Assembly (NCBI GenBank): GCA_965200545.1
Contig: CBDAUJ010000002.1
Span: 1,288,850-1,352,849 of the forward strand
Direction: 5' to 3'
DNA length: 64,000 nt
Source of the DNA: Arenicellales bacterium
Lineage (GTDB): Bacteria > Pseudomonadota > Gammaproteobacteria > Arenicellales > JAJDZL01
The notes beneath the pieces are model-generated. The model saw only the letters and a program-made list of their open reading frames with translations, did not search any database and was not told the origin of the DNA. Shown in pieces: positions 19,943-29,433 of the stretch (its first letter is position 1; each line of letters opens with the position of its first letter). The position numbers and the translations under genes were made by a program.

Positions 19943-21094
19943 TTGAACATCAAACATACGCCAACAACCGCACTTGCGGTCGAATTGATCCAACGTCCTT
20001 CAGTAACTCCAGATGACGCTGGGTGTCAAGCCATCATCGCCTCGCGTCTTGCACCGCTCGGTTTTAATATTGCATCGTTCGACAGCGCGGATGTAAGCAA
20101 TTTGTGGGCGCGTCGAGGCGAATCGAGTCCGTTGTTGGTATTTGTCGGACATACCGACGTTGTGCCACCCGGCAACGAGTCAGAATGGAACTATCCTCCT
20201 TTTGCAGCTGCGCTTGCGGATGGCATGGTGCATGGACGCGGAGCGGCCGATATGAAGAGCAGTGTGGCGGCCATGGTGACTGCTTGCGAACGATTTTTTT
20301 CTCACGCAGAGTCATTTCAAGGCTCGGTCGCCTTCTTGATTACTTCTGATGAAGAAGGAGAAGCAATAGATGGCACCCGAGTGGCGCTGGAGAAATTGGC
20401 TCAAGACAATGTTCAGATCGATTACTGCCTGGTAGGAGAGCCGACATCAGAGCAGCGATTGGGAGATGTCGTAAAAATCGGCCGTCGCGGTTCGCTGAGT
20501 GGAGAACTGAAAATATTTGGGATCCAAGGGCATGTTGCTTACCCGCATTTGGCTGACAATGCCATTCATCGAAGCGGGGCGCTGATTGATGCGATATCAA
20601 GATTGGAGTTTAGCGATGGCGACGAGTTTTTTCCGGATACAACCTGTCAGATTTCGAATCTGCGTGCAGGCGCCGGTGCTGGCAATGTTATTCCCGGTGT
20701 CGCTGAATTGAATTTGAACTTCAGGCATTCGCCGAACAGTCAGCCGCAGAATCTAATCAACGCAGTTGAGTCAATTTGTCATCGCTTGGACTTGAGATTT
20801 GAGTCAAGATGGGAAGTTAATGCGGAATGTTACCGAACCACCGAAACGGAGTTCGCTGACATCGTCTGCGAAGCCGTGTCCGACATCGTGAACGTAACAC
20901 CGCAGCGCTCGACTGCTGGCGGAACATCCGATGGACGCTTCGTTGCCAAATATGGAGCGCAAGTTGTTGAATTTGGACCGCTTAATGCAACGATTCACAA
21001 GGTCGATGAGTGTCTTGATCTTGAGGATTTGCAGCAGCTGTCAGCAATTTACGAACAGATTTTGAGGAGAATGAATGAAAAGCCAAATGAATAA
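19943..21094 (+). CDS. dapE: succinyl-diaminopimelate desuccinylase
   Basis: Collinear with E. coli DapE as I recall it (RPSVTPDDAGCQ, GHTDVVPPG, GRGAADMKSS, ITSDEEG, CLVGEPTS, GGTSDGRF). TTG start. Confidence 0.9.
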   Translation: MNIKHTPTTALAVELIQRPSVTPDDAGCQAIIASRLAPLGFNIASFDSADVSNLWARRGESSPLLVFVGHTDVVPPGNESEWNYPPFAAALADGMVHGRGAADMKSSVAAMVTACERFFSHAESFQGSVAFLITSDEEGEAIDGTRVALEKLAQDNVQIDYCLVGEPTSEQRLGDVVKIGRRGSLSGELKIFGIQGHVAYPHLADNAIHRSGALIDAISRLEFSDGDEFFPDTTCQISNLRAGAGAGNVIPGVAELNLNFRHSPNSQPQNLINAVESICHRLDLRFESRWEVNAECYRTTETEFADIVCEAVSDIVNVTPQRSTAGGTSDGRFVAKYGAQVVEFGPLNATIHKVDECLDLEDLQQLSAIYEQILRRMNEKPNE

Positions 21095-21112
21095 ATTTTG
21101 TGGGGTTGAGTC

Positions 21113-22321
21113 ATGAGCGATGCCACTCAGCAGTCTCTGATTCAAGTTGGGCACGAGTCCTACGCACCGAATTACAATCCACGGCCGGTCGTATTTGACC
21201 ACGGTCAAGGTTCTAGAATCTGGGACGTGGAAGGACGCGAATATTTGGATTTAGGAACCGGCATCGGTGTGAATTGTCTGGGGCATCGAAATCCACAACT
21301 TATTGAGGCCATCAATGCGCAGGTGAATAGACTGTGGCATACCAGCAATATTTATTTTTCAGAGCCGCCGATTCGACTGGCGGCAGAGATTATCGGCAAT
21401 ACGTTTGCCGATAAAGTCTACTTTTGCAATTCCGGTGCGGAGGCCAATGAGGCGGCTATCAAAACAGTTCGCAAATATGCGGCGGACAATTTTGGTGCAA
21501 GCAAGCACGTCATTTGCACTTTCAAGGGCTCGTTTCACGGGCGCACGATCGGTGCATTGACTGCGACAGCACAGCCAAAATATCACCAAGGTTTCGAGCC
21601 TTTGCCACAAGGTTTCCGCTATTGTGAATTTAACGATATTGACAGTTTGCGGAAAATGATGGGCACTGATGTCTGTGCTGTCATTCTTGAGCCCATCCAG
21701 GGAGAGGGTGGAATTCGTCCTTTCTCGGTTGAGTTTCTCCAGCAGGCACGGCAACTTTGCAACGAATACGAGGCCCTACTGGCTTTCGATGAGGTGCAAT
21801 GCGGAATGGGCAGAACGGGAAAGATTTTTGCCTACCAATGGGCGGATGGTGTTGAGCCGGATCTTGTTACGATTGCCAAGGCACTGGGCGGCGGACTGCC
21901 GATTGGCGCATTGCTGCTGTCTGGCAAAGTTGCGAACACCCTGGGATTTGGCAGCCATGGCTCAACATTCGGTGGAAATCCGGTCTGCTGCGAGGCGGCT
22001 CGCGTTGTGCTGAAGACCGTCGTGGATCATTCCTTCCTTGCTGAGATAGCGCATAAAGGCGAATTATTGCAAGCCCAACTGAGCCAGATGCAACGACATC
22101 ACAGCATGATTGAAGAAATCCGCGGCCGCGGATTGATGATTGGAATCAAACTGTATGGCGCAAGTGCAGGTGAAGTTATGCAAGCCTGTCTGGAAAATGG
22201 GCTGCTGGTTCTTCAATCTGGCGCTGACGTTATTCGGCTGTTGCCCGCATTTACCATTAGTGCGGATGAAATCGCCTGCGCTATGGAGATATTGAATAAC
22301 GTTTTGGCGAGTATTGATTGA
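21113..22321 (+). CDS. argD: acetylornithine / N-succinyldiaminopimelate aminotransferase
   Basis: 402-aa class-III PLP aminotransferase (FCNSGAEANEAAIK, DEVQCGMGRTGK, TFGGNP). Confidence 0.85.
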   Translation: MSDATQQSLIQVGHESYAPNYNPRPVVFDHGQGSRIWDVEGREYLDLGTGIGVNCLGHRNPQLIEAINAQVNRLWHTSNIYFSEPPIRLAAEIIGNTFADKVYFCNSGAEANEAAIKTVRKYAADNFGASKHVICTFKGSFHGRTIGALTATAQPKYHQGFEPLPQGFRYCEFNDIDSLRKMMGTDVCAVILEPIQGEGGIRPFSVEFLQQARQLCNEYEALLAFDEVQCGMGRTGKIFAYQWADGVEPDLVTIAKALGGGLPIGALLLSGKVANTLGFGSHGSTFGGNPVCCEAARVVLKTVVDHSFLAEIAHKGELLQAQLSQMQRHHSMIEEIRGRGLMIGIKLYGASAGEVMQACLENGLLVLQSGADVIRLLPAFTISADEIACAMEILNNVLASID

Positions 22322-22440
22322 CTGGCAAACCTGGTCAATGCATGCTTGGAGTCGGTACTGTTGCGACCGCCGCCTCAGCCGCTGGAACCTTGATGCGACA
22401 TGGTCCGAGGCTTCGCGAAGAGCTTAATCGTTATACAGGC

Positions 22441-23568
22441 TTATCGGGCAGAATCCAGCGCTCTGCAGTCTTCGGCTTGCCACCCGACCGAAATGACTTG
22501 CCCGTAGTCAAGTCGATCCCGAGTGTGAGAATTCGGGATCTTAATGATGAAATCGGATTGTCCGCAGAGACTGACACGGGTGCGGACGTGATCACCAAGG
22601 TAGATGACCTCTTCTACTGTGGCATCTAGTTCGTTTTCGCAAGTGCCAGGTTCTGGCCCGACGATAACACGCTCAGGCCGCAGCGACAAAGTTGTGGCAG
22701 ATTCTAGCCCATCAATGTTGACTACCTTGGCGGATACCATTGATTGATCTTTCATTTCGACAGCACAACGGCCATTGGTTACTTCTTTGACCTTCCCATG
22801 CAATACATTGTTCTCGCCGATAAATTGCGCAACGAATGAATTTTCGGGTTTTTCGTAAAGAATTCCGGGTGGATCCAATTGCTGAATAATTCCATCGTTG
22901 AATACAGCAATTCGGTTGGACATGGTCAAAGCTTCGCTTTGGTCATGGGTGACATAAATCACGGTTACGTCAAGATTTTCATGAATATGCTTGATTTCAT
23001 ACTGCATCTGTTCGCGCAACTGCTTATCCAAGGCGCCGAGAGGCTCGTCCATGAGAACAAGTTTGGGCTGAAAAACCAGCGCTCTTGCCACGGCAACACG
23101 CTGCTGCTGTCCACCCGACAGTTGTCCAGGCAAGCGTCCGCCGAACTCACCAAGCTGTACCATTGAAAGCGCATCATCGACTTTCTGCTCAATTTCAGAA
23201 TTCGGCAGTTTTCTGACTTTCAGTGGGAAGGCAAGGTTTTCGGCGACTGTCATATGCGGGAAAAGCGCATAATTTTGGAACACCATACCAATATCGCGTT
23301 TATGCGGCGAGACATTGTTAATGGACACTCCGTCCAAATAAATTTCACCATGGGTAGCTGTCTCGAATCCTGCCAGCATCATAAGACAGGTCGTTTTACC
23401 TGACCCAGATGGGCCAAGAAGCGTGACAAATTCACCTTTTTCGACGGATAGATTCAGGTTTTTGACGACCAAAGATTCACCATCGTAACTTTTCTGCACG
23501 TCTTTAAATTCGACGTAATGCTGTTGTTTTTCGTCCATAGCCTGACGTTCTGTTAGTGAATTTGGCAA
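22441..23568 (-). CDS. ABC transporter ATP-binding protein, PotA/CysA-like with C-terminal TOBE-type domain (orphan)
   Basis: Walker A GPSGSGKTT, signature LSGGQQQRVA, Walker B LVLMDEP. No permease or binding-protein gene is nearby. Confidence 0.85.
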   Translation of the reverse strand: MPNSLTERQAMDEKQQHYVEFKDVQKSYDGESLVVKNLNLSVEKGEFVTLLGPSGSGKTTCLMMLAGFETATHGEIYLDGVSINNVSPHKRDIGMVFQNYALFPHMTVAENLAFPLKVRKLPNSEIEQKVDDALSMVQLGEFGGRLPGQLSGGQQQRVAVARALVFQPKLVLMDEPLGALDKQLREQMQYEIKHIHENLDVTVIYVTHDQSEALTMSNRIAVFNDGIIQQLDPPGILYEKPENSFVAQFIGENNVLHGKVKEVTNGRCAVEMKDQSMVSAKVVNIDGLESATTLSLRPERVIVGPEPGTCENELDATVEEVIYLGDHVRTRVSLCGQSDFIIKIPNSHTRDRLDYGQVISVGWQAEDCRALDSAR

Positions 23569-23891
23569 CGAATTCCGTACGGAAACATTTATATGTGGAA
23601 GAAGTATAAAACAGGCAAAGCAGAAAATATTGTTTTTGTGAATTTGTTTGCCGCAGTTGAAGTTGCCTGGCGTTCAGTTTCGGCAATCAGCCGGTCGCAA
23701 AATTATTCCGCCGTCGATGTGGCGATTTGCCTGAACGAGCTATGCCGCGGTTACATCCAGTAGCTCATCCGTCCGCGATGAAACTTCATTTAGAAAAAAT
23801 TATGCGGCGGGCATGATGGACACCAGCTGCATCAGGTCTTCATTTTTATGATTGTCAGTTGATGCGTTCAAGCAAACTCATGGATACGCCT

Positions 23892-24482
23892 TCATATCAG
23901 GAATTGATAGATTTCCATCCCGCCATCCCAAATCATGACTGCGGCGACGATGGCGATAATGGCGATGCCAAGATATCCCAGCCAGCGGTAGCGGTCCAGA
24001 ATACTTGCGATATAGTTGGCCCCGATCAGCATCAGGACTATTGACAGCGCTAAACCAAAAACTAAGATCAGTAAATGCTCGCGGGCGATTGCTGCAACCG
24101 CCAGCACATTGTCCAGTGACATAGAGATATCGGCGATCAAAATTCGATACAGTGCTTGTTTGAAGGTTACAGGCGCGTTGTCGGCGGCTGTCTTCAGCGC
24201 GCTCGCATGGTGGTCTAGCTGCATGTCTGCATAGAGTCTCCATGCGATCCAGACCAGAAGCAATCCACCGATTAGCAGGAGCCCTGGAATTTTGAGCAAT
24301 TGAACTGTAGTCACAGCGAAAGCGATTCGAAACAGAACGGCTAAACCGACTCCGATCAAAATAACTTTTTTGCGCTGCTCTTTTGGCAAGCTTGATGCGA
24401 CAAGCCCGATCGCGATCGCATTGTCGCCCGCAAACAGCAGATCTACAAGAACGACTTGGATGAACGTGCTAAATTCTTGCAT
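23892..24482 (-). CDS. TerC/YjbE-family integral membrane protein
   Basis: 196 aa with duplicated (F)AGDNAIAIG / SLDNVLAVAAIA motifs typical of the TerC family. Confidence 0.8.
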   Translation of the reverse strand: MQEFSTFIQVVLVDLLFAGDNAIAIGLVASSLPKEQRKKVILIGVGLAVLFRIAFAVTTVQLLKIPGLLLIGGLLLVWIAWRLYADMQLDHHASALKTAADNAPVTFKQALYRILIADISMSLDNVLAVAAIAREHLLILVFGLALSIVLMLIGANYIASILDRYRWLGYLGIAIIAIVAAVMIWDGGMEIYQFLI

Positions 24483-24719
24483 ATGACTTGGAAATTGTTG
24501 TTCACAATCCGCGAGTAAAGCGCGTAGTATAAGGTTTGTTGAAGGTGTCGTTTACCCAAGAAAGCGAAGTTGAACTCGAAAGTCTTGCGCGAAGTGCGTT
24601 TGGAAAGTTGAAATGATGAGCGATTCAATTCAGAACAGCTTTTGCAGTCATGGAATGTCGAAGTGACTTTTCGCTGTCAGTAGCGCGCGGCTGGAACGTT
24701 ATCTGTTTCACTGTGTGAA

Positions 24720-25775
24720 TCAGAAATCAAATGCTTTGATGAGCTTGCCTCCAGGGTGAACACAGCATTTGTAGTTTCCCCAGTAGTTCCATATATATTT
24801 TCGGTCTGCCGCAATTTTATTTTCATCAAAATCCCGCTGCTGCCCAAAAGTTTCACACGAATTGACAGATTTGGGAAGAATCATTTGCCATTTGTCTTTT
24901 TTTTCATTGGAGCGAGGAAGCCATTGCTGCCAGGTTTGGGTGCGACAGATCGGTCCTGAGTCACCGCGGGAATCAGTCTCCCATGACCCGCCGGACAAAT
25001 TGCATTCGCTTTCATTTTTGGCTCTGGTATTGCCACGCGCGACGCGATTGCTGAACTTGCTCGAGAGCGGCCTGACAATGTGCCCCGATTGATCATGAAA
25101 TATCAGATCAGCGGCGCGCTGAGCCGACACAGCTGCACCTTTTGCTGAATTGCTCTGAATGAGAAATCCGATTCGTGGGTACACCGAGCCCCACGTGAAG
25201 TGCGGCCACTGGCCGATTTCGCGCACCCCTGGTGTAATAGATTCCATTTTTGTCGCATCTGCGCCAGCTCCGCGCCAAGATACATGATCTTCTACAGAAA
25301 TGAAGTAGGGAAAGAACGCCTTGGCTGCGGATTTGCAAAGAAACCGGCCAAATTTCAATCGACCGACAGCAGGTGAGCCAATCGCATCCACTTCATTGAA
25401 TTGAAGCGAATCTGATTGACGATTCGATTGGGTAACGCCAGACAAGATGCCGCCGGAGATTTCGTTTGAATTGTCGAAAACTTGGTAGTCCAGCCCACTT
25501 TGCCATGGCGGTTCGAATGCATTCGGATACACTTGAAATACCACATCCGGCAGGCGATGTGAAATCCTCGGCGTGGTTACAATGAAGCAGCCAAAGATCG
25601 AGCACTTCAGCCAAATACAGATGCCAGAAATCTTCCAATCCAAGCATGACAGACTTTGCGAGCGTGCAATCAAATCCGTTGTAGTGATGGAATTTCCAGA
25701 AGCCGAAATATTGCATGCAGTGATGTACAAGCAAATGCAAACTGCCCGAATAATGGTATGCGAATTCAACTTCAT
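24720..25775 (-). CDS. ICE Mpf protein (PFL_4710/TIGR03756-like by position)
   Basis: 351 aa with a signal peptide. It overlaps the upstream PFL_4709-like gene by 4 nt. Confidence 0.55.
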   Translation of the reverse strand: MKLNSHTIIRAVCICLYITACNISASGNSITTTDLIARSQSLSCLDWKISGICIWLKCSIFGCFIVTTPRISHRLPDVVFQVYPNAFEPPWQSGLDYQVFDNSNEISGGILSGVTQSNRQSDSLQFNEVDAIGSPAVGRLKFGRFLCKSAAKAFFPYFISVEDHVSWRGAGADATKMESITPGVREIGQWPHFTWGSVYPRIGFLIQSNSAKGAAVSAQRAADLIFHDQSGHIVRPLSSKFSNRVARGNTRAKNESECNLSGGSWETDSRGDSGPICRTQTWQQWLPRSNEKKDKWQMILPKSVNSCETFGQQRDFDENKIAADRKYIWNYWGNYKCCVHPGGKLIKAFDF

Positions 25776-26197
25776 GGCTCGATCAAGCGCTTGATTGCAG
25801 AGGCTTCGTAGATGATATGCCTATCGTCGAGCACCGCAGCCGGCAGCCGAACGATACGCAGATCCGACAGCAGCATGCGAGCGCGAATCGTCTTCTGGAG
25901 TTGCTGTTTCAACCAAGGCAAATTGGCATCGATTCGTCGCACTGCTTCAACAGCGGCCGCCTGCGGGTCTGCGGGAAGATCAGTTGCAAGCCGATATTCG
26001 ATTCTTTGCTGCAATGACAAGTCGAACAGTTCGATTTCGGGCCGTGCCTTGAACCGCTGAATCATGGCATGCGAGAAATTTTCTGGGACATAAAATAACT
26101 TGATGCTGAGATCGCCGGCAGTGCTCTGCGTACCCGGCAGCAATAGAATCAAACCCGCGACTGCAGCTTTCCCAAACCTCCATTGCATTGACCGCAT
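25772..26197 (-). CDS. ICE Mpf protein (PFL_4709/TIGR03757-like by position)
   Basis: 141 aa with a signal peptide, immediately downstream of the conjugative ATPase. Confidence 0.5.
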   Translation of the reverse strand: MRSMQWRFGKAAVAGLILLLPGTQSTAGDLSIKLFYVPENFSHAMIQRFKARPEIELFDLSLQQRIEYRLATDLPADPQAAAVEAVRRIDANLPWLKQQLQKTIRARMLLSDLRIVRLPAAVLDDRHIIYEASAIKRLIEP

Positions 26198-26200
26198 TGA

Positions 26201-29035
26201 TCAGGTTTTCCGGCTTTGCCTGATTATTTCCGCAATTTCGTATGCAGCATCGATTTCAGAAATGTTCTTTTTCTTCATCATTTGAATTCGAAATGCTTTT
26301 TCAGATTTTTCGGTTTGACTCAATGCCAAAGCTAAAGCCGGTGGTGCGTTTCTGAAGAGTGTAAGCAATTTCGGTGTGATGATCGTGCCTTCAGTGTAGC
26401 GTCCTGGGTGCTTTCGTGCGGATTCAAGAAGACTTTTTTGCTCTTCGGTAAGGGACTTGAAGCGTCCGATCTGCTCAATTTCATCTTTGTCCAATGCAAG
26501 ACAGTACCACCATTCCGGCTGGTTAAGCAATTCTTTCGCATTGTCGGGGAACTGTCGAATATTCTGGGTTGCAATCCAAAGCCATGCACCAAAGGTTCTC
26601 CACATGGCAGAAATACGATTCAAATAGGGCGAGATCAGCGGATTTTGGAGCAGCACGTGCGCTTCGTCAATGACCACGATAGTCTGACGATCATGGTTTT
26701 CACTGGTTTCTACTTCATTGGCAATTATCGAAAATAAACCAGTCAATGCAACCGCAAGGCGATCTTCGTAGCCGCGACGCGCAAGCAAATCAAGCTCAAC
26801 GACAGTTACGTCAACTGCGGGCCACAGTTCGCCTTCACGATCAAATAATTCACCATTCAGACCAGTGCAAAAAACATTTACGGCGCTGGCCATGCGACTC
26901 GCTCGCTGCCTTTGTTCGGAACTGACGCGAAGGTCTCCTGCGCGGTGCCCTTCGGCCATGGACCGCAACGCGTAGACCAAGTCTGAGGTGACAGTTTGTT
27001 TTCTGCCCTGAGAGTGTGAATGTCTGGCTGCTTCAATCAGTGCCCCACGAATTAGATCCAGATCGTCACGACGAAGGTGTTGCTCTTCGCTGGGCTGGCC
27101 GCCTGTGATCATCAGCCGTGCCTGCAGCTCCATTTCTCCCAAAGGATCACGATAGCGATTTTGTCTGCTGGTCGCGTCCTCATCGTGAGCCGAGTTCAGC
27201 AGCGTTTGAGCGTTCTGAAAGGGCGGCAGGGATACGTTGTTCTTGCCATCAATTCGGACCCGGTGGACCGAAAGCCCTTGGCGCTCGCAATGAGAAGCGA
27301 GAAGACCGAATGTTGGCAGCGCCGACAGCAAAATGATTTTTGGACGATGCACCGCCAGCGTATGTAGCAGGAAGTAAATCAGAAAAGCGGTCTTGCCAGC
27401 GCCGGTGGGGCCAAGTACAACTGAATGTGCATTTTTCTCTCGATCTTTTGCATTGAGCGGGTCGAACATGATTGGTTCGGCGCCGCGGTTGAAGAGCAGA
27501 CACCCTGAGTATCCAGTCCCCGTTGAGCGGCCGAATACGGGCAGCATGCGTGCGATGTGGCTCGCATACCATAATCGGGCACGCCGCGTATACGGCCGCG
27601 AGTCCTGCTCCGGCTGGAATCCAAATGGCAATGCGCGTACATAACTGTCAAGTGCAATCGGGTCATAGCGAGGCAAAATGGGCTTCAGCTGATGGGCAGT
27701 CAGCAGTCCAATTGTTCTTTCCGTTCGCTTGTTCAGTTCTTGAAGATTTTCACCGAATACATAGACACCTGAAAATACTCGAAAAATCGGATTGCCTTTC
27801 GCGATTTCTGTGAGTGCAATATTAGACAAACTGCGTTTTTCCGTCGCGGCGGGATCGTCGCCGACTGAATTCCTGCGCACTTTCATGACTTTTTCTTCGA
27901 TTTCATTTTGCGGTGAAAAAACGATCGTCATTGACCAGATCGATTGATCTGGAATTTGATCCCATAGCGTTCCGGTCGAATCTCCAAAGAGCCGTTCGCG
28001 GGTCAAATGCCCGACATTCGGTTCACCGACCAAGTCGTCGATGGTAATGAATCTGCTTGGACAGCCGCGAAACCACCAGATTCCCGGCTTTTTCCAAGTC
28101 CAGGGGGCGGCTCCATGCAGCGCGGCTCGCGCAATGTCCGACCCTGCCGATTGACTTACGAGAGCCATCGAGCGCTGCGCTGTATCGTGAACCCATGGAT
28201 TGGCATCAAGCAATTCCCATGTATGCCTAAAGGGGGAATCTTTCTCTGGATGGGGAACAAACCAAAACGTCAGCCATTCGTAGAGTTCTTTGGCACCGGC
28301 TGGAATCAGTCTCACATCGGCTTGAGCGAAGGTGCTGACAAGTTGCTCAAGAATCTGCTCGCCATCGTCATTATCGTCGGGGCGGCTGTAGAGTGAATCG
28401 CGCCAGATGCAAAGTCGGATCCGTCGCCGTTTGCCACGCCATCTGCCGTCGGTTGCAGTTGAATCAGCAAATAGTCCGCCGACAGAAGTCAGGTCGTTTA
28501 TGTGTTCTTGCAAAGTCTCAAACCAATGTTCGGAAAAACTGTTGTGCTGGCAGTGACTGCCGGAATATTGACGGATCGTGTCAGCGAGCCTATGACGGAT
28601 GCAGTCAATATCGTCTTGCACAAACCATTGCATGATCCATGGCTTGCTTGACAATTGCGGCAGGCATTGGGTAATTGCTCGACACAGTCGTGTGTGCATG
28701 CTCTTGAGCATGTCTTCGCTTTTTGCGTCAGCGTTTGCACATTCGACTTCAAACATTCTGCCGACACTTGTAAAGTCCTGCAAGCCGATGCACTGATTGC
28801 CGAGGTCAAGCCTCGGAGCGAGCAATTCTGTAAATGAACGGGTGTCTTTCACCATTTTCGCGAAGATTGGCTGGGGCTGCAGCTGCGGTTCGAGATATTC
28901 GCGAATGGTCAGCGGCTCACAGCCATTGCCATTCCATTCGCTTAAAGGCATTTCCGTTGACAGGAACGCCTTTGGATTGTCAGTGCGCTGGGCTAGCCAG
29001 TTTCGGATCCAGTGGATATTGTGTTTTAGACTCAT
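26201..29035 (-). CDS. traC: conjugative transfer ATPase (VirB4/TraC-like, PFL_4706 class)
   Basis: 944 aa with Walker A GPTGAGKT and Walker B-like VVIDEAH. The size and position match the ICE-type VirB4 homologue. Confidence 0.8.
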   Translation of the reverse strand: MSLKHNIHWIRNWLAQRTDNPKAFLSTEMPLSEWNGNGCEPLTIREYLEPQLQPQPIFAKMVKDTRSFTELLAPRLDLGNQCIGLQDFTSVGRMFEVECANADAKSEDMLKSMHTRLCRAITQCLPQLSSKPWIMQWFVQDDIDCIRHRLADTIRQYSGSHCQHNSFSEHWFETLQEHINDLTSVGGLFADSTATDGRWRGKRRRIRLCIWRDSLYSRPDDNDDGEQILEQLVSTFAQADVRLIPAGAKELYEWLTFWFVPHPEKDSPFRHTWELLDANPWVHDTAQRSMALVSQSAGSDIARAALHGAAPWTWKKPGIWWFRGCPSRFITIDDLVGEPNVGHLTRERLFGDSTGTLWDQIPDQSIWSMTIVFSPQNEIEEKVMKVRRNSVGDDPAATEKRSLSNIALTEIAKGNPIFRVFSGVYVFGENLQELNKRTERTIGLLTAHQLKPILPRYDPIALDSYVRALPFGFQPEQDSRPYTRRARLWYASHIARMLPVFGRSTGTGYSGCLLFNRGAEPIMFDPLNAKDREKNAHSVVLGPTGAGKTAFLIYFLLHTLAVHRPKIILLSALPTFGLLASHCERQGLSVHRVRIDGKNNVSLPPFQNAQTLLNSAHDEDATSRQNRYRDPLGEMELQARLMITGGQPSEEQHLRRDDLDLIRGALIEAARHSHSQGRKQTVTSDLVYALRSMAEGHRAGDLRVSSEQRQRASRMASAVNVFCTGLNGELFDREGELWPAVDVTVVELDLLARRGYEDRLAVALTGLFSIIANEVETSENHDRQTIVVIDEAHVLLQNPLISPYLNRISAMWRTFGAWLWIATQNIRQFPDNAKELLNQPEWWYCLALDKDEIEQIGRFKSLTEEQKSLLESARKHPGRYTEGTIITPKLLTLFRNAPPALALALSQTEKSEKAFRIQMMKKKNISEIDAAYEIAEIIRQSRKT

Positions 29036-29433
29036 TGATTTGTCACTTCTTCAGGCAGCGCGTACTCAACTTTTTCGTAGAGCTGAAACATCGTAGAATA
29101 TCCTGGAATTGGGGCGCCGTCTGCGTTAAGGTGCGGAAATACGTACATCACGATTGTTGGATTCGGCAGGCGGGGGAAACGAACAGTCAACTCGTTATAG
29201 ACTTCTCTTGTGTAACCGGCAAGGTGCGAGGCTCCATCCGGCATCGGATGCGACGGCCGTGAAGATCGGCTTTGAGTGGCATGATGCTGATCGTAAATGT
29301 CTTCCATGGTTTGCGTACCCTCAGGGATTGGATGATGAGACTTGAATGGTGGCGAGCAAGCCGAAATTCCCAGCCCCAGACTAATCAAGACCGCCTTGAA
29401 TAGAAGCAAATTTGGCTGTATTGTTGCTGACAT
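29032..29433 (-). CDS. conjugative transfer region lipoprotein (TIGR03751-like)
   Basis: Lipobox LGISAC. The start is moved to the internal Met (MSATIQPN...). It overlaps the ATPase start by 4 nt. Confidence 0.55.
   Translation of the reverse strand: MSATIQPNLLLFKAVLISLGLGISACSPPFKSHHPIPEGTQTMEDIYDQHHATQSRSSRPSHPMPDGASHLAGYTREVYNELTVRFPRLPNPTIVMYVFPHLNADGAPIPGYSTMFQLYEKVEYALPEEVTNQ

Noticed and set aside
24483-24719. A possible yybP-ykoY (Mn2+) riboswitch upstream of the TerC/YjbE-family gene.
   Set aside because: I reverse-complemented the 237-nt leader and found none of the conserved GGGGAGTAG / GACA-type core elements. An Infernal scan would be the definitive test.
14533-24719. An alternative reading in which dapE-argD are native chromosome and the ICE was split into two pieces by rearrangement.
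   Set aside because: The Mpf genes on both sides keep identical orientation and canonical consecutive order (PFL_4709-, 4710-, 4711-like, then TraG). An inversion or translocation would disturb this. Simple insertion of the 5-kb block is more parsimonious, although comparative data are needed.
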